Origin: Candidatus Latescibacterota bacterium
Lineage (GTDB): Bacteria; Latescibacterota; UBA2968; UBA8231
DNA length: 64,000 bases
Assembly (NCBI GenBank): GCA_964291625.2
Contig: OZ220090.1
Coordinates: forward strand, 736,001-800,000
Direction: 5' to 3'
Part shown: piece after piece, positions 12,283-32,693 of the stretch
Layout: each line of letters starts with the position of its first letter
Numbering within the stretch: the first letter of the stretch is position 1
The notes under the pieces: generated by a model
Told to the model about the DNA's origin: nothing
The model's database searches: none
Seen by the model: only the letters and a program-made list of their open reading frames with translations
Program-made: the position numbers and the translations under genes

Positions 12283-12305
12283 TCTCTCTCTCGATTCAGT
12301 CGCTT

Positions 12306-12668
12306 TTAGAGCTTCAGGCCGCCCTCGCGAGCGCCTTCGGCGACGGCCCGCACGATACCGTGGTAGAGCAGGCCCGCCCGGTCGAAGACAACCCGCTCGA
12401 CGCCCTTCTCCCGCGCCTTCGAGGCCAGCTGCCGGCCCAGGGCGCGGCCCTGCTCCACCGGCGGTCCTGAACGCTCGAAGTCCTTCGACAGGGTCGAGAG
12501 GCCGACGACGGAGTGGCCCGCCTGGTCGTCGATTATCTGCGCCTCGATATTGCGCAGGCTCCTGTGTACCACGAGGCGGGGGCGCTCCGGGGTTCCCACG
12601 ACCTTCTTGCGAATCCGGAACCGCCGCCGCTGGCGCGCGGCACCCTTTTGCTGCTGACGGCTGGCCAT
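12306..12668 (-). CDS. rplR: 50S ribosomal protein L18
   Basis: [18 protein letters not shown]. Confidence 0.97.
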   Translation of the reverse strand: MASRQQQKGAARQRRRFRIRKKVVGTPERPRLVVHRSLRNIEAQIIDDQAGHSVVGLSTLSKDFERSGPPVEQGRALGRQLASKAREKGVERVVFDRAGLLYHGIVRAVAEGAREGGLKL

Positions 12669-13225
12669 CAGGCGACGGCCGCCTTCCCGGCCTTCCAGTG
12701 GATGACCTCGTTCTCGTAGCGAATCCCCTTTCCCTTGTAGGGATCGGGCTTGCGCTTCTGGCGGATCTCCGCGGCCACCTGGCCCACCTTCTGCTTGTCG
12801 ATGCCGGAGACGACGATGCGGGCCTGGGCGCCGGCCACGGGGTTGGTGACCTCCAGCTCCACGCCCGAGGGCGGCTCGTAGTCGACCTGGTGCGAGTAGC
12901 CCACGTTGAGGCTCAGCTTCCCTCCCTCGACCTCGGCCCGGTAGCCTACGCCGAAGAGCTCCAGGTTCTTCGAGAACCCCTGGGTGACGCCTTCCACGGC
13001 GTTGGCCACCAAGGAGCGGGTCAGCCCGTGAAGCGCCATAGCCTCCTTGGTCTCGCCCTTGCGTCGCACCACCACCTGATTGCCGACCGCCGCCACCTCG
13101 ACGAAGTCGGTGCGGTAATCGAGATCCAGGGCGCCCTTCGGGCCCTTGACCTTCACCTCGCGCCCCTGCACGTTCACCTCGACCCCCTGGGGCAGTGGAA
13201 TCGGCTGCTTCCCTACACGCGACAT
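12668..13225 (-). CDS. rplF: 50S ribosomal protein L6
   Basis: [26 protein letters not shown]. Confidence 0.98.
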   Translation of the reverse strand: MSRVGKQPIPLPQGVEVNVQGREVKVKGPKGALDLDYRTDFVEVAAVGNQVVVRRKGETKEAMALHGLTRSLVANAVEGVTQGFSKNLELFGVGYRAEVEGGKLSLNVGYSHQVDYEPPSGVELEVTNPVAGAQARIVVSGIDKQKVGQVAAEIRQKRKPDPYKGKGIRYENEVIHWKAGKAAVA

Positions 13226-13241
13226 GGTCCGCTCCGCCTCC

Positions 13242-13640
13242 CTACCAGACGCTGCACAGGAGTTCGCCGCCGATGCCCGCCCGGCGCGCGTCCCGATCGG
13301 TCATGACGCCGCGGGAAGTGGAGAGGATGGCCACACCCAGCCCCCGCCGCACCCGCGGCAGCCGGTCCTTCGACGCGTAGCGGCGAAGACCCGGCTTGCT
13401 GAGGCGGCGGATCCCCTGGATGATGCTCTGATTGGAGCCGTCGTAGCGCAGATAGATGCGCAACTGGCCCTGCTTGCCGTCATCATAGGAGGCGAAGTTG
13501 TCGATGAATCGTTCTTCCGCCAGCACGCGGGCGATCTCCCGCTTGAGCCTCGAAGCGGGGATCTCGACGCTGGAATGCCCAGCCTGGGCCGCATTGCGGA
13601 TCCGGGTGAGCAGGTCGGCGATGGGGTCGGTCATGCTCAT
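13242..13640 (-). CDS. rpsH: 30S ribosomal protein S8
   Basis: [30 protein letters not shown]. Confidence 0.98.
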   Translation of the reverse strand: MSMTDPIADLLTRIRNAAQAGHSSVEIPASRLKREIARVLAEERFIDNFASYDDGKQGQLRIYLRYDGSNQSIIQGIRRLSKPGLRRYASKDRLPRVRRGLGVAILSTSRGVMTDRDARRAGIGGELLCSVW

Positions 13641-13650
13641 GGTGGGCCGC

Positions 13651-13836
13651 CTACCAACTCGCCTTGGTCACCCCGGGGATCTCGCCCCGCAGTGCCAACT
13701 CGCGGAAACAGATCCGGCACAGGACGAACTTGCGGTAGACACCCCGCGGACGACCGCAACGCTGGCACCTCGTGTACTTCCGGACCTTGAATCTCGGCTC
13801 CTGGGCCGCCTTGATCATCAGGCACTTCTTGGGCAT
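13651..13836 (-). CDS. rpsN: 30S ribosomal protein S14, type Z (zinc-binding)
   Basis: [10 protein letters not shown]...LCRICFRE...PGVTKASW, 61 aa. Confidence 0.97.
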   Translation of the reverse strand: MPKKCLMIKAAQEPRFKVRKYTRCQRCGRPRGVYRKFVLCRICFRELALRGEIPGVTKASW

Positions 13837-13852
13837 TCGCTATTCCGTCCGT

Positions 13853-14398
13853 TCAGTTGCTGAAAGGCACGCCGAACTGGCGAAGAAGCTCCTTGGCCTC
13901 CTCGTCGGAGCGGGCGCTGGTGACGAAGGTGATGTTCATGCCGCGGATCTGCTCGACGCGGTCGTAGACGATCTCCGGAAAGATGATCTGTTCGCGGATG
14001 CCCAGATTGTAGTTGCCGCGGCCATCGAATCCCCGGGCAGGCACCCCGCGGAAGTCGCGGGACTGGGGCAGAGCGAAATTGACCAAGCGGTCGAAAAACT
14101 CGTACATGCGGTCCCGCCGGAGGGTGACCACGGCGCCGATGGGCATCCCCTGGCGCAGCTTGAAGTTGGAGATCGCCTTCTTGGAGCGCCGCACCGCCGG
14201 CTGCTGGCCGGTAATGGCCGTGAGCTCGGCCAGCACCGTATCCAGGGCCTTCGGCTCCTGCACCGCCCCTCCCACGCCAGAATTGATGACGATCTTCTCC
14301 AGCCGGGGGACCTCCATGGGGTTCCCGTACTCGAAGCGCTCGCGCAGGGTGGGGACGATCTGGCTCCGGTAGTGTTCCTTGAGTCGTGAGGTGGCCAT
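13853..14398 (-). CDS. rplE: 50S ribosomal protein L5
   Basis: [29 protein letters not shown]. Confidence 0.98.
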   Translation of the reverse strand: MATSRLKEHYRSQIVPTLRERFEYGNPMEVPRLEKIVINSGVGGAVQEPKALDTVLAELTAITGQQPAVRRSKKAISNFKLRQGMPIGAVVTLRRDRMYEFFDRLVNFALPQSRDFRGVPARGFDGRGNYNLGIREQIIFPEIVYDRVEQIRGMNITFVTSARSDEEAKELLRQFGVPFSN

Positions 14399-14409
14399 TG
14401 GTGGAACCT

Positions 14410-14727
14410 CTATTGAGAATCGATCATCTCGCCGCTGCGGGCGGCGACCCGGACACTGCGGCCGTCGTCGAGGGCCCGCCGCCGCACCCGGGTGGGCGCA
14501 TCGGTCTTGGGATCGACGACCATGACGTTGGAGATGTGGATCGAGGCTTCGCGCTCGACGATCCCTCCCTGTGGATCACGCTGCGTGGGCTTCGTGTGCT
14601 TCTTCATCATGCGCACGCCTTCGACGATGACGCGGTCCTTCTCGGGAAGGACGCGCAGGACACGGCCTCTCCGGCCCTTGTCGTTGCCGCAGATGATCAG
14701 AACCGTGTCGTCCTTCTTGACATTCAT
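14410..14727 (-). CDS. rplX: 50S ribosomal protein L24
   Basis: KOW motif [24 protein letters not shown]. Confidence 0.97.
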   Translation of the reverse strand: MNVKKDDTVLIICGNDKGRRGRVLRVLPEKDRVIVEGVRMMKKHTKPTQRDPQGGIVEREASIHISNVMVVDPKTDAPTRVRRRALDDGRSVRVAARSGEMIDSQ

Positions 14728-14731
14728 CGCT

Positions 14732-15100
14732 CTACACCACCTCGGGGGCGAGGGAGACGATACGCATGAACTGCCGGTCCCGGAGCTCCCGCGCCACGGG
14801 GCCGAAGATGCGCGTCCCCCGGGGCTCGTTGTTCTGATCCAGGAGAACGGCAGCGTTCTCGTCGAAGCGGATGTACGACCCGTCCGGCCGCCGGAACTCC
14901 TTCTTCGTGCGCACCACCACCGCCCGGGACACCTCCCCCTCCCTGAGGGGCCCGTTGGGGATCACGTCGTGGACAGCTACCACCACGAGATCGCCGACGC
15001 CGGCGTAACGGCGCCGGGTACCGCCGAGGACGCGGATGCAGTTCGCCTTGCGTGCGCCAGCGTTGTCGGCCATGCGCAGGACGGAGTATTCCCGGACCAT
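14732..15100 (-). CDS. rplN: 50S ribosomal protein L14
   Basis: [34 protein letters not shown]. Confidence 0.98.
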   Translation of the reverse strand: MVREYSVLRMADNAGARKANCIRVLGGTRRRYAGVGDLVVVAVHDVIPNGPLREGEVSRAVVVRTKKEFRRPDGSYIRFDENAAVLLDQNNEPRGTRIFGPVARELRDRQFMRIVSLAPEVV

Positions 15101-15103
15101 GGC

Positions 15104-15367
15104 TCAGCCCGCCCTCTCGAGGATCTCGACCAGGCGCCAGCGCTTGGTCTTGCTCATGGGCCGGCACTCGCGAATGCGGACGATGTCTCCCACGCCGGAC
15201 TCGTTGCCCTCGTCGTGGGTCACGGCCTTCGTGGTCCGCGAGATCCCCTTGCCGTACAGCCGGTGGGATGAGCGGATCTCTATGGCGACGACTCGCGTCT
15301 TCTCGGTGTTGGCCTTGAGAACGCGGCCCTCTGCCAGACGTCCTCCGAAAGTCTTCCGCTCCGACAT
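15104..15367 (-). CDS. rpsQ: 30S ribosomal protein S17
   Basis: HRLYGK, HDE, GDIVRIRECRPMSKTKRW; start MSERK after GAGGA. Confidence 0.95.
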   Translation of the reverse strand: MSERKTFGGRLAEGRVLKANTEKTRVVAIEIRSSHRLYGKGISRTTKAVTHDEGNESGVGDIVRIRECRPMSKTKRWRLVEILERAG

Positions 15368-15374
15368 CGATTCC

Positions 15375-15614
15375 TCAGGCTGGTTGTGCGTCGGCATCGG
15401 CATCGCCGCTCGCCAGGGGCCGGATCCCCGCCGTGTGTTCCTCGAGCAGGGTGCGCACCCGGGCGATCTCCCGGCGCACCTGGCGAAGCCGGATGGGGCT
15501 GCTCAGCTGGCCGAGGGTGTGCTGGAAGCGCAGGTTGAAACTCTCCTCTTCCAGCTCCTCGAGCCGCGTGCTCAGTTCCTCGGCGCTCTGCTCTCTCAGT
15601 TCACTCGCCTTCAT
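15375..15614 (-). CDS. rpmC: 50S ribosomal protein L29
   Basis: MKASELR...FNLRFQ...RREIARVRT. Confidence 0.96.
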   Translation of the reverse strand: MKASELREQSAEELSTRLEELEEESFNLRFQHTLGQLSSPIRLRQVRREIARVRTLLEEHTAGIRPLASGDADADAQPA

Positions 15615-15621
15615 GGGATCC

Positions 15622-16032
15622 TCAGCCGAGGCGCTCGACGAACCTGGTCTTGATCGGCAGTTTGTGGCCCGCCCGGCGCAGGGCCTCCTTGGCCATGTCC
15701 GGAGTCACGCCCGACAACTCGAACATCACTCGCCCGGGTTTTACCACGGCGACCCAGTCCTCGGGGGCCCCCTTGCCCTTGCCCATGCGTGTCTCTGCCG
15801 GCTTCTTCGTCAGCGGCTTGTCCGGGAAGATGCGGATCCACAGCTTGCCCGTGCGGCTCATGGCCCGGCTGATGGCCACGCGGGCCGCCTCGATCTGGCG
15901 GCTGGTGACCCAGCCCGGCTCCAAGGCCTTCAGCCCGAACTCTCCGAAGGAGACCAGCGCTCCGCCCTTCGTCTGGCCGCGCATGCGCCCACGGGACTGC
16001 TTGCGCCACTCGACCTTCTTCGGCATCAACAT
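15622..16032 (-). CDS. rplP: 50S ribosomal protein L16
   Basis: [30 protein letters not shown]. Confidence 0.98.
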   Translation of the reverse strand: MLMPKKVEWRKQSRGRMRGQTKGGALVSFGEFGLKALEPGWVTSRQIEAARVAISRAMSRTGKLWIRIFPDKPLTKKPAETRMGKGKGAPEDWVAVVKPGRVMFELSGVTPDMAKEALRRAGHKLPIKTRFVERLG

Positions 16033-16065
16033 GGGGTCTTCGCTCTCTCGTCCTTCCCGTTCCCG

Positions 16066-16722
16066 TCAGGCCTGTTGCGGCTCTTCCTCGGCCTCGTCCA
16101 CGACCTCGCCGTGGCAGATCCACACCTTGACACCCACCGTACCGGAGACGGTGAAGGCCGTGGACCGGGCGAAGTCGATGTCGGCTCGGAGGGTGTGGAG
16201 CGGCACTCGGCCCGCCGGTTCCGAGCGCTCGCGGCGCGACATCTCGGAACCACCGATGCGGCCGGCGCACTCGATGCGGATGCCCTCGGCTCCCATGCGC
16301 ATGGAAGAGGCCACCGACTTCTTGATGGAACGGCGGAAGGCAACCCTCTGCTCGAGCTGGCGCGCGAGGTTGTCGGCCACCAACTGGGCATCGAGCTCCG
16401 GCTTCTTGACCTCCTGGATATTGAGGGTCACGTCCTTCTGGGTCAGAGTCTTCAGCTCGTCGCGGAGCTTGTCGACCTCGGCGCCCCGGCGGCCGATGGC
16501 GATGCCCGGACGCGCCGTGTGCACCTCGATGGTGACCCGCTTGGGGTGGCGCTCGATGTTGACACGGGACACCCCGGCCCGCTGGAGGCGCTGCCGGATG
16601 TAGCGCCGCAGGGTGATGTCCTCGCCCAGCAGGCCGGAAAAGTCCCGCTCGGCGAACCAGTTCGAACTCCAGCTCTTGATAATCCCCAGGCGCAGTCCGT
16701 AGGGATGTGTCTTCTGACCCAA
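16066..16722 (-). CDS. rpsC: 30S ribosomal protein S3
   Basis: TTG start giving MGQKTHPYGLRLGI; ARPGIAIG, GRVPLHTLRADID. Confidence 0.97.
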   Translation of the reverse strand: MGQKTHPYGLRLGIIKSWSSNWFAERDFSGLLGEDITLRRYIRQRLQRAGVSRVNIERHPKRVTIEVHTARPGIAIGRRGAEVDKLRDELKTLTQKDVTLNIQEVKKPELDAQLVADNLARQLEQRVAFRRSIKKSVASSMRMGAEGIRIECAGRIGGSEMSRRERSEPAGRVPLHTLRADIDFARSTAFTVSGTVGVKVWICHGEVVDEAEEEPQQA

Positions 16723-16735
16723 TTTGGTCCCTTCC

Positions 16736-17173
16736 TTACTCGTCCTCGGATGGGGCGACCTCTTCGGTCTCCCCGTCTGGTGCGGAGACCGCCGCCGACA
16801 CCTCCTGGCGGCCATCGGAAACGACGATGGTGAGGTGGCTCTGACGCTTCAGGATCCGGTTGGCGGCGCCCCGGGCGCGCGGGCGAAGCCTCTTGAGGGT
16901 GCGGCCCTCGTCGGCGTACACACGATGGATGAACAACTCCTCCACATCCACTGCAGGAGGTGCGTCGGCCTCCTCCTCTTCATCCCGGACCGTGGCGTTG
17001 GCGATGGCGGAGCGCAAGGTCTTCTCGGCGACGCGGGCGGCGAGACGGGGCGAGAACTGCAGAATCGCCAGAGCCTCCTCCACCGGCTTGCCCCGGATCA
17101 GGTCGATAACCTGGCGCATCTTGGTGGCCGGGATGCCGATATGCCTGTGAACGGCGCGCGCTTCCAAATTCAT
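16736..17173 (-). CDS. rplV: 50S ribosomal protein L22
   Basis: [25 protein letters not shown]...SHLTIVV. Confidence 0.96.
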   Translation of the reverse strand: MNLEARAVHRHIGIPATKMRQVIDLIRGKPVEEALAILQFSPRLAARVAEKTLRSAIANATVRDEEEEADAPPAVDVEELFIHRVYADEGRTLKRLRPRARGAANRILKRQSHLTIVVSDGRQEVSAAVSAPDGETEEVAPSEDE

Positions 17174-17457
17174 CGAACCCCGGTGGTGCGCTCGCTGGCT
17201 CGTCCCCCGTGACTGCGGAAAGTCCGGGTCGGAGCGAATTCGCCGAGCTTGTGTCCCACCATGTTTTCGGTGATGTAGACGGGGATGAACTTGCTGCCGT
17301 TGTGCACGGCCAGGGTGTGGCCCACGAAGTCGGGCGTGATCGTGGAACGCCTCGACCAGGTTCGCAGGACCTTCCTGTCCCCCGTCTTGTTCATCGCCTC
17401 GATCTTCTCGGAGAGATGATCGTCGACGAAAGGGCCTTTCTTGATCGATCGCGCCAC
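17170..17457 (-). CDS. rpsS: 30S ribosomal protein S19
   Basis: GTG start, [29 protein letters not shown]. Confidence 0.97.
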   Translation of the reverse strand: MARSIKKGPFVDDHLSEKIEAMNKTGDRKVLRTWSRRSTITPDFVGHTLAVHNGSKFIPVYITENMVGHKLGEFAPTRTFRSHGGRASERTTGVR

Positions 17458-17474
17458 TTCCCTCTGCCTCCCCG

Positions 17475-18311
17475 TTACCTTCGGTTCCGCCTGCGCACGA
17501 TCCAGGCGTTGGACGCCTTCTTGCGCTTTCGGGTCTTGTACCCCTTGGTCGGCTTGCCCCACGGCGTGACGGGATGGCGCCCTCCGGAGGACTTGCCCTC
17601 GCCTCCGCCGTGCGGGTGATCGACGGGATTCATGACCACGCCCCGGACCTTGGGCCGCCGGCCCAGCCATCGGGCGCGGCCGGCCTTGCCGAGCAGCACG
17701 TTCTGATGGTCGATGTTCCCCACCTGGCCGATCGTGGCGAAGCAGGTGCTCAGGACCTCCCGGATCTCGCCCGAGGGCAGGCGAAGCTGGACCCGCCCAT
17801 CCTCTTCGTCCCGCCCCATGATCTGCACCTCGGAACCGGCGCTACGGGCCATCCTTCCGCCCTGGCCGGGATTCAGCTCCACGTTGTGGACCGTCGTGCC
17901 CACCGGTATCCGGGACAGGGGGAGCGCGTTGCCCAAGGCGATGGGCGCGTCGGCTCCGGCCTGCACGGCGGCACCCACTGCCAGCCCGTTCGGAGCCAGG
18001 ACGTAGCGCCTGTCGCCGTCGCGATAGATGACCAAGGCGATGAAGGCGGAGCGGTTCGGATCGTATTCGACGCTGGCCACCCGTCCCGGCACGCCGTGAT
18101 TCTCACGGCGAAAATCGACCCGGCGGTAGCGCCGCTTGTGCCCGCCGCCCCGCCGCCGTGCAGTGATCCGTCCGCGGCTGTTCCGCCCCCCGGACTTGGT
18201 GAGGGGCGCCGTCAGGGACTTCTCCGGCCGGTCGGCGGTGACCTCGGCAAAGGCGTTTACCGACTTGAAGCGCTGTGTCGGCGTGACGGGCCGGAACCTC
18301 TTGATCGGCAT
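17475..18311 (-). CDS. rplB: 50S ribosomal protein L2
   Basis: [26 protein letters not shown]. Confidence 0.98.
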   Translation of the reverse strand: MPIKRFRPVTPTQRFKSVNAFAEVTADRPEKSLTAPLTKSGGRNSRGRITARRRGGGHKRRYRRVDFRRENHGVPGRVASVEYDPNRSAFIALVIYRDGDRRYVLAPNGLAVGAAVQAGADAPIALGNALPLSRIPVGTTVHNVELNPGQGGRMARSAGSEVQIMGRDEEDGRVQLRLPSGEIREVLSTCFATIGQVGNIDHQNVLLGKAGRARWLGRRPKVRGVVMNPVDHPHGGGEGKSSGGRHPVTPWGKPTKGYKTRKRKKASNAWIVRRRNRR

Positions 18312-18325
18312 CGGGGATTCGCCCT

Positions 18326-18613
18326 TCAGAGGTTCTCGATGAGTTCGATGGACTCGCCGGCCCTGAGCTTCACGTAGGCCTTCTTCCAGGCCGACGTGCG
18401 ACCCTGAAAGAAGCCCTGGCGCTTCGGCTTCGGGCGGACGGAGACGACGCGGACGGCCTCGACCTTGACGTCGAAGACCGACTCCACGGCGCGGCGGATC
18501 TGCACCTTGTTGGCCCGGGAGTCGACACGAAAGGTGTACACATTGGCATCCCGGAGGACCGTTGCCTTCTCGGTGATCACCGGATTCCTGAGGATGTTCC
18601 GAATGCCCGGCAA
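18326..18613 (-). CDS. rplW: 50S ribosomal protein L23
   Basis: [21 protein letters not shown]. Confidence 0.96.
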   Translation of the reverse strand: MPGIRNILRNPVITEKATVLRDANVYTFRVDSRANKVQIRRAVESVFDVKVEAVRVVSVRPKPKRQGFFQGRTSAWKKAYVKLRAGESIELIENL

Positions 18614-18616
18614 CGC

Positions 18617-19276
18617 CTATTCCTCCCCCTCTTTCTGGCCGGCAGGGTCTCCGTGCACCGCAGCCAGAGCATCGACGGCCTCCCGGGTCAGCAGGAGGGC
18701 GTGGGCGGCGAGAACCTCATAGGTGCCGAGAGTCGAAACGGAGCGCACCAGCACGCCGGGGATGTTGCGGCCCGACTTGGCGAGGATCGGCTCGTTGGCG
18801 GCAGTCACGAAGAGCACCTTCTGCCCCCGCAGGCCACAGGCGCCGAGCATGGCGGCGAAGGACTTCGTGCTGGGTCCGGACAACTCGAAGCCTTCCACGA
18901 CGTGGACCTGGCCGTCCCGGCCCTTGGCGGTCAGCACCGAACGCAGGGCCTGGCGCCTGACGGACCGCTGCAGCCGCCGGTGATAGAGGCGGCGCTTGGG
19001 CAGGCCAAAGGCCACGCCGCCGCCCCGGAGCAGGTTGGTCGTCGCCGAGCCCCGGCGGGCCTGGCCGGTGCCCTTCTGGCGGTGGTGCTTGCGCTTGGAG
19101 CGGCGGACCTCCGACCGGCCCTTCACCGAAGCGTTCCCCTGGCGCTGGTTGTTCTCGAAGGTCACCACGGCCTGGTGCACCGCCACCTCGCAGATGGGGG
19201 CCTCGAAGAGCTCCGCCGGCAAGTCCACCGAGCCTGACCTTTCGCCACTGGCGCTGAGAACGTCGATGGAGGGCAT
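18617..19276 (-). CDS. rplD: 50S ribosomal protein L4
   Basis: [26 protein letters not shown]. Confidence 0.95.
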   Translation of the reverse strand: MPSIDVLSASGERSGSVDLPAELFEAPICEVAVHQAVVTFENNQRQGNASVKGRSEVRRSKRKHHRQKGTGQARRGSATTNLLRGGGVAFGLPKRRLYHRRLQRSVRRQALRSVLTAKGRDGQVHVVEGFELSGPSTKSFAAMLGACGLRGQKVLFVTAANEPILAKSGRNIPGVLVRSVSTLGTYEVLAAHALLLTREAVDALAAVHGDPAGQKEGEE

Positions 19277-19278
19277 GC

Positions 19279-19587
19279 TCAGACCTTGATATCGATGCCG
19301 ATGCCGGCGGGCAGGTCGAGCTTCATCAGCGAGTCCACCGTCTGCGGCGTCGACTCGTAGATGTCGATCAGCCGCTTGTGGACGCGCGTCTCGAACTGCT
19401 CCCTCGACTTCTTGTCCACGTGCGGCCCCCGCAGCACGGTGTACACGGTACGTTGCGTGGGCAGCGGAACAGGACCCGCGATCCGGGCGCCGCTGCGCCG
19501 CACGGTCTGGACGATCTCGTCCACCGAGCGGTCGAGGGCCGCGTGGTCGTAGGCCTTGAGCCGGATGCGGATCCTGTCGACGGCCAC
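19279..19587 (-). CDS. rpsJ: 30S ribosomal protein S10
   Basis: GTG start; [32 protein letters not shown]. Confidence 0.97.
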   Translation of the reverse strand: MAVDRIRIRLKAYDHAALDRSVDEIVQTVRRSGARIAGPVPLPTQRTVYTVLRGPHVDKKSREQFETRVHKRLIDIYESTPQTVDSLMKLDLPAGIGIDIKV

Positions 19588-19603
19588 CGAAGGGTCTCCC
19601 GCG

Positions 19604-20794
<1,191 letters not shown>

Positions 20795-20854
20795 CTCGGC
20801 TCTTTCCTCCCTCGGGTCTGCTTGCGCACTCGGGCGCTGGGTCTGGGGTCGCTC

Positions 20855-22951
20855 TTAGGCCTTGGCTTCCTCGGTGCCGCGAATCCTGGCGACGATCTCC
20901 TCCATCACCGACCGCGAAACCTCGCGGAAGCTGGCGAACTGGAGGGTGAAGACGCCGCGCCCCTGGGTGAGGGAACGCAGCCGCGTCGCATATCCGAAGG
21001 TCTCGGCCAGCGGCACCTTGGCGCTGATCACCTGGGCGTCGGAGCGGGGATTGATCCCCGCCACGTCGGCGCGGTGCGAATTCAAGTCGCCGATCACATC
21101 GCCGAGGTATTGCTCGGGCAGCACCACCTCCAAATCCATGATCGGCTCCATCAGGAAGGGACCGGCCTTTAGTGCGCCTTCCTTGAAGGCCATGGAGCCG
21201 GCCACCTTGAAGGCCATCTCCGAAGAGTCGACCTCGTGAAAGGAACCATCCAGGAGCTGCACCCTCACGTCGTCGATCGGGTAGCCGGCCACCGGGCCAT
21301 TGAGCATGGCCTCCTGGATTCCCTCCTTGACGGCAGGGACGAACTCCCGCGGCACGGCACCCCCGACGATCTTGTTCTCGAAGACCAAGCCGGTTCCGGG
21401 TTCGCCCGGCTCCAGCAGGAGTTCCACGTGACCGTACTGGCCGCGCCCCCCCGACTGTCGGACGAAGCGGCCCGTGGCCTCCACCGAACTGCGCAGGCCT
21501 TCCTTGTAGGCCACCTGCGGCCGGCCGACATTGGCCTCGACCTTGAAGTCCCGGAACAGGCGGTCCACGAGGATCTCCAGGTGCAGCTCGCCCATCCCGG
21601 AAATCACCGTCTGGGCGGTGTCGGGATCGACGCGGACCTGGAAAGTGGGATCCTCTTCGGCCAGCTTGGCCAGGGCCCCCTGAAGGGACTCCTGATCGGC
21701 GCGGGTCTTCGGCTCGATGGCCACGTGAACGACGGGCTTGTCGAACTCGATCTTCTCGAGAACGACCGGATCCGACTCGTCGCACAGGGTGTCGCCGGTG
21801 GTAGTGTTCTTCAAACCGACCACGGCGATGATATCACCCGCGTGCACCTCCCTCTTCTCGGTGCGGTCGTTGGCGTGCATCTCGAGAAGGCGGGAGGCTC
21901 GCTCCCGGCGGCCGGTGCTGACATTGTACAAGTATGACCCGGCCTGGAGAGTGCCGGAATAGACCCGGACGAAGGAGAGACGCCCCACGAAGGGGTCGGT
22001 CATGATCTTGAAGGCCAGGGCCGAGAACGGCTTGTCATCGCGGGGGAGCCGCTCCACCTGCTCCTCCGAGTCGGGCACATGTCCGGTGACGGCGGGGACG
22101 TCGGCCGGCGAGGGCAGATAGCTCACGACGGCGTCGAGCAACTGCTGCACACCCTTGTACCGAAAGGCCGAGCCACAGGTGACGGGCACCGCCCTGAGAG
22201 CGATGGCGGCTCTTCGCAGAGCGGCCATGATCTCCGCCGGGGCGATCTCGCCGCCATCGAGGAACTTCTCCAGCAACCCGTCGTCGAAGTCGGCCACGGC
22301 CTCGAGGAGCCTCTCCCGGTACTGGAGGGCCACCTCCATCAGGTCATCGGGAATCTCGCCCTCGTAGAAGTTGGACCCCAGCGAGGTCTCCTCATATGTG
22401 ATCGCACGCATCGAGACCAGATCGATCAGCCCGTTGAAGGTCTCCCCCGAACCGATGGGCAGCTGGATGGGGACGAAGTTGCTCCCCAGGCGGCCCTCGA
22501 GCATCTCCAGGACGCGGTAAAAGTCGGCCCCGTTGCGGTCCATCTTGTTGACGAAGGCGATACGCGGGACCTCGTACCGGTCGGCCTGCCGCCAGACCGT
22601 CTCCGACTGGGGCTCGACACCGCCCACGGCGCAGAACACGCCCACGGCGCCATCGAGGACGCGCAGAGAACGCTCGACCTCCGCCGTGAAATCGACGTGC
22701 CCCGGCGTGTCGATGATGTTGATGCGGTGATCCTTCCACTCGCAGGCCGTGGCCGCCGAGGTAATCGTTATCCCCCGCTCGCGCTCCTGCTCCATCCAGT
22801 CCATGGCGGTGTTGCCGTCGTGGACCTCTCCCATGCGGTGGAGCCGGCCCGTGTAGTACAGGATTCGCTCGGTCGTCGTCGTCTTGCCGGCGTCGATGTG
22901 GGCGGCTATACCGATGTTGCGGGTCTGTTCGATGCTGTGCTGGCGGGTCAT
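20855..22951 (-). CDS. fusA: Elongation factor G
   Basis: [37 protein letters not shown]. Confidence 0.99.
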   Translation of the reverse strand: MTRQHSIEQTRNIGIAAHIDAGKTTTTERILYYTGRLHRMGEVHDGNTAMDWMEQERERGITITSAATACEWKDHRINIIDTPGHVDFTAEVERSLRVLDGAVGVFCAVGGVEPQSETVWRQADRYEVPRIAFVNKMDRNGADFYRVLEMLEGRLGSNFVPIQLPIGSGETFNGLIDLVSMRAITYEETSLGSNFYEGEIPDDLMEVALQYRERLLEAVADFDDGLLEKFLDGGEIAPAEIMAALRRAAIALRAVPVTCGSAFRYKGVQQLLDAVVSYLPSPADVPAVTGHVPDSEEQVERLPRDDKPFSALAFKIMTDPFVGRLSFVRVYSGTLQAGSYLYNVSTGRRERASRLLEMHANDRTEKREVHAGDIIAVVGLKNTTTGDTLCDESDPVVLEKIEFDKPVVHVAIEPKTRADQESLQGALAKLAEEDPTFQVRVDPDTAQTVISGMGELHLEILVDRLFRDFKVEANVGRPQVAYKEGLRSSVEATGRFVRQSGGRGQYGHVELLLEPGEPGTGLVFENKIVGGAVPREFVPAVKEGIQEAMLNGPVAGYPIDDVRVQLLDGSFHEVDSSEMAFKVAGSMAFKEGALKAGPFLMEPIMDLEVVLPEQYLGDVIGDLNSHRADVAGINPRSDAQVISAKVPLAETFGYATRLRSLTQGRGVFTLQFASFREVSRSVMEEIVARIRGTEEAKA

Positions 22952-23022
22952 GAGGTCAGCGGACGGGTTCAGACGTGGACGGAATTCGAATCGGGGACAG
23001 AACCAACTCGGTCAAGGAGGGA

Positions 23023-23493
23023 CTAGAATCGATAGTGCGCGAAGGCCTTGTTGGCCTCCGCCATGCGGTGCACGTCGTCCCGGGCCCGGATGGCGCCGCC
23101 CTCGCCGTTGGCGGCGGCGATCAGCTCGTTGGCGAGACGCTCGGCCATGGTGCGCTCGGAGCGCTCGCGGGCGTAGCGGATCAGCCACTTGATCGAGCGG
23201 GTGGTACGCTCTTCGGGGCGCACCTCCAAGGGCACCTGGAGGGTTTGCGATCCGACGCGGCGGGACTTGGTGATGACCATGGGCTTACAGTTCTCCACCG
23301 CCTTGAGAAAGACATCGAGCCCCTGCTGGTCGGAACGGCCGGTGACCATGTCGATGGCGGAGTAGAAGATCTGCTCGGCCGTGCTCTTCTTGCCCTGCTT
23401 CATCAGGCAATTGATGAACCGCGTCGCCAAGGGATTGTGAAACTTCGGGTCGGCCAGGACCTGACGTTTGACGGCGCGGCGTCGGCGAGACAT
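23023..23493 (-). CDS. rpsG: 30S ribosomal protein S7
   Basis: MSRRRRA, GKKSTAE, HRMAEANKAFAHYR. Confidence 0.97.
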   Translation of the reverse strand: MSRRRRAVKRQVLADPKFHNPLATRFINCLMKQGKKSTAEQIFYSAIDMVTGRSDQQGLDVFLKAVENCKPMVITKSRRVGSQTLQVPLEVRPEERTTRSIKWLIRYARERSERTMAERLANELIAAANGEGGAIRARDDVHRMAEANKAFAHYRF

Positions 23494-23504
23494 GGCGAAC
23501 CCGC

Positions 23505-23879
23505 CTACCCCTGGACTCTGCGGGCGCCGTACTTGGACCGGCCCTGCTTGCGCTCGGCCACGCCGCTGGCATCGAGGACGCCCCTGATGATGTGGTAACG
23601 CACGCCCGGCACGTCCTTCACGCGCCCCCCCCGGACCAGGACGATGGAGTGCTCCTGAAGGTTGTTGCCCTCGCCGGGGATGTAGGCCGTGACCTCCTGT
23701 CCCGTAGTCAGCCGCACCCGGGCCATCTTCCGAAGAGCGGAATTGGGCTTCTTCGGGGTCGTCGTGTAGACGCGCGTGCACACACCGCGGCGCTGGGGAC
23801 ACCCCTTGAGGGCTGGAGAGTCCGTCCGCGACTTGGACTTTCGGCGCCCCTTGCGGACTAGTTGGCTGATGGTGGGCAA
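23505..23879 (-). CDS. rpsL: 30S ribosomal protein S12
   Basis: TTG start, [28 protein letters not shown]. Confidence 0.98.
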   Translation of the reverse strand: MPTISQLVRKGRRKSKSRTDSPALKGCPQRRGVCTRVYTTTPKKPNSALRKMARVRLTTGQEVTAYIPGEGNNLQEHSIVLVRGGRVKDVPGVRYHIIRGVLDASGVAERKQGRSKYGARRVQG

Positions 23880-23991
23880 GAACGGATGCCTCGGGTTGGC
23901 CTTCGTTGACAATTCCTTCGGCGAGAAGCGCTTGCGACCGCCGGCAACAGCGGAACCCAAGGGACCTCATCGCCAAATACGACAGTCTTAA

Positions 23992-24020
23992 AGTATAGGT
24001 ATTGGCCCCTAAGTCGTCAA
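23992..24020 (-). promoter_or_regulatory. Sigma-70-type promoter for the rpsL-str/S10/spc/alpha transcript
   Basis: Minus strand TTGACG-N17-TATACT in an AT-rich patch. Confidence 0.8.
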
Positions 24021-24045
24021 TACCACATGATGTGGTGCAGGACCA

Positions 24046-28137
<4,092 letters not shown>

Positions 28138-28180
28138 GTCCTTTTCCCTCCCATGCTCGAGTCCGCGGTTTCCGGGCGTC

Positions 28181-32017
<3,837 letters not shown>

Positions 32018-32227
32018 TCCTTCTTGGGCCGATGCGGCAGGGCGGTCAGCCCCTGCCGCGATCCATGGGCAAGCTGACGAACCCCCGCCTATGACAGGCG
32101 GCGGACCTCAACTGACGCTTCAGGCGGTGAGAATCGAATGGGAATCGAGCATGGACCTGCCGGACAGGCACCCGTGGGCCCTGAAGGCCGACAGGCCCGC
32201 CGGAAGGAAGCCGTGGAGAATCCGCCG

Positions 32228-32638
32228 TCACTTGATCTCGACAGTGGCTCCCACCTCGGTCAGTTTGGCCTGGACTTCCTCCGCCTCCTGCCTGGGCACC
32301 GCTTCCTTTACCGGCTTGGGCGCCTCGTCGACCAGGGCCTTGGCCTCTTTCAGGCCGAGACTCGTGATCTCGCGAACCACCTTGATCACCTGAATCTTCT
32401 TGTCGCCGGCACTCGTGAGGACGACATCGAACTCGTCCTTCTCCTCCACCGCCTCGCCACCCTCCGCGCCTGCGGGCATCGCCCCGGCCATCATGACCGG
32501 AGCCGCGGCGGAGACACCGAACTTGTCCTCCAGCGCCTTGACCAACTCAGCCAACTCAAGCACGGTCAGGCCTCCGATGGTCTCGATGATCTCCCCAACC
32601 TTGGGGCTCACGCTGACTTCCTGTCCTTCCTCGCTCAT
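32228..32638 (-). CDS. rplL: 50S ribosomal protein L7/L12
   Basis: [39 protein letters not shown]. Confidence 0.97.
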   Translation of the reverse strand: MSEEGQEVSVSPKVGEIIETIGGLTVLELAELVKALEDKFGVSAAAPVMMAGAMPAGAEGGEAVEEKDEFDVVLTSAGDKKIQVIKVVREITSLGLKEAKALVDEAPKPVKEAVPRQEAEEVQAKLTEVGATVEIK

Positions 32639-32693
32639 CGCTTTCCTGTCCTCCGCTTTGTGTGTGCTCGTCCTTCTGGAATCGATCGGGTAC

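Noticed and set aside
32020-32227. Small hairpins and a 61-aa ORF in the rplL-rpoB spacer
   Set aside because: A structured spacer here is ordinary; the ORF lacks support and no U-tract or known motif is evident
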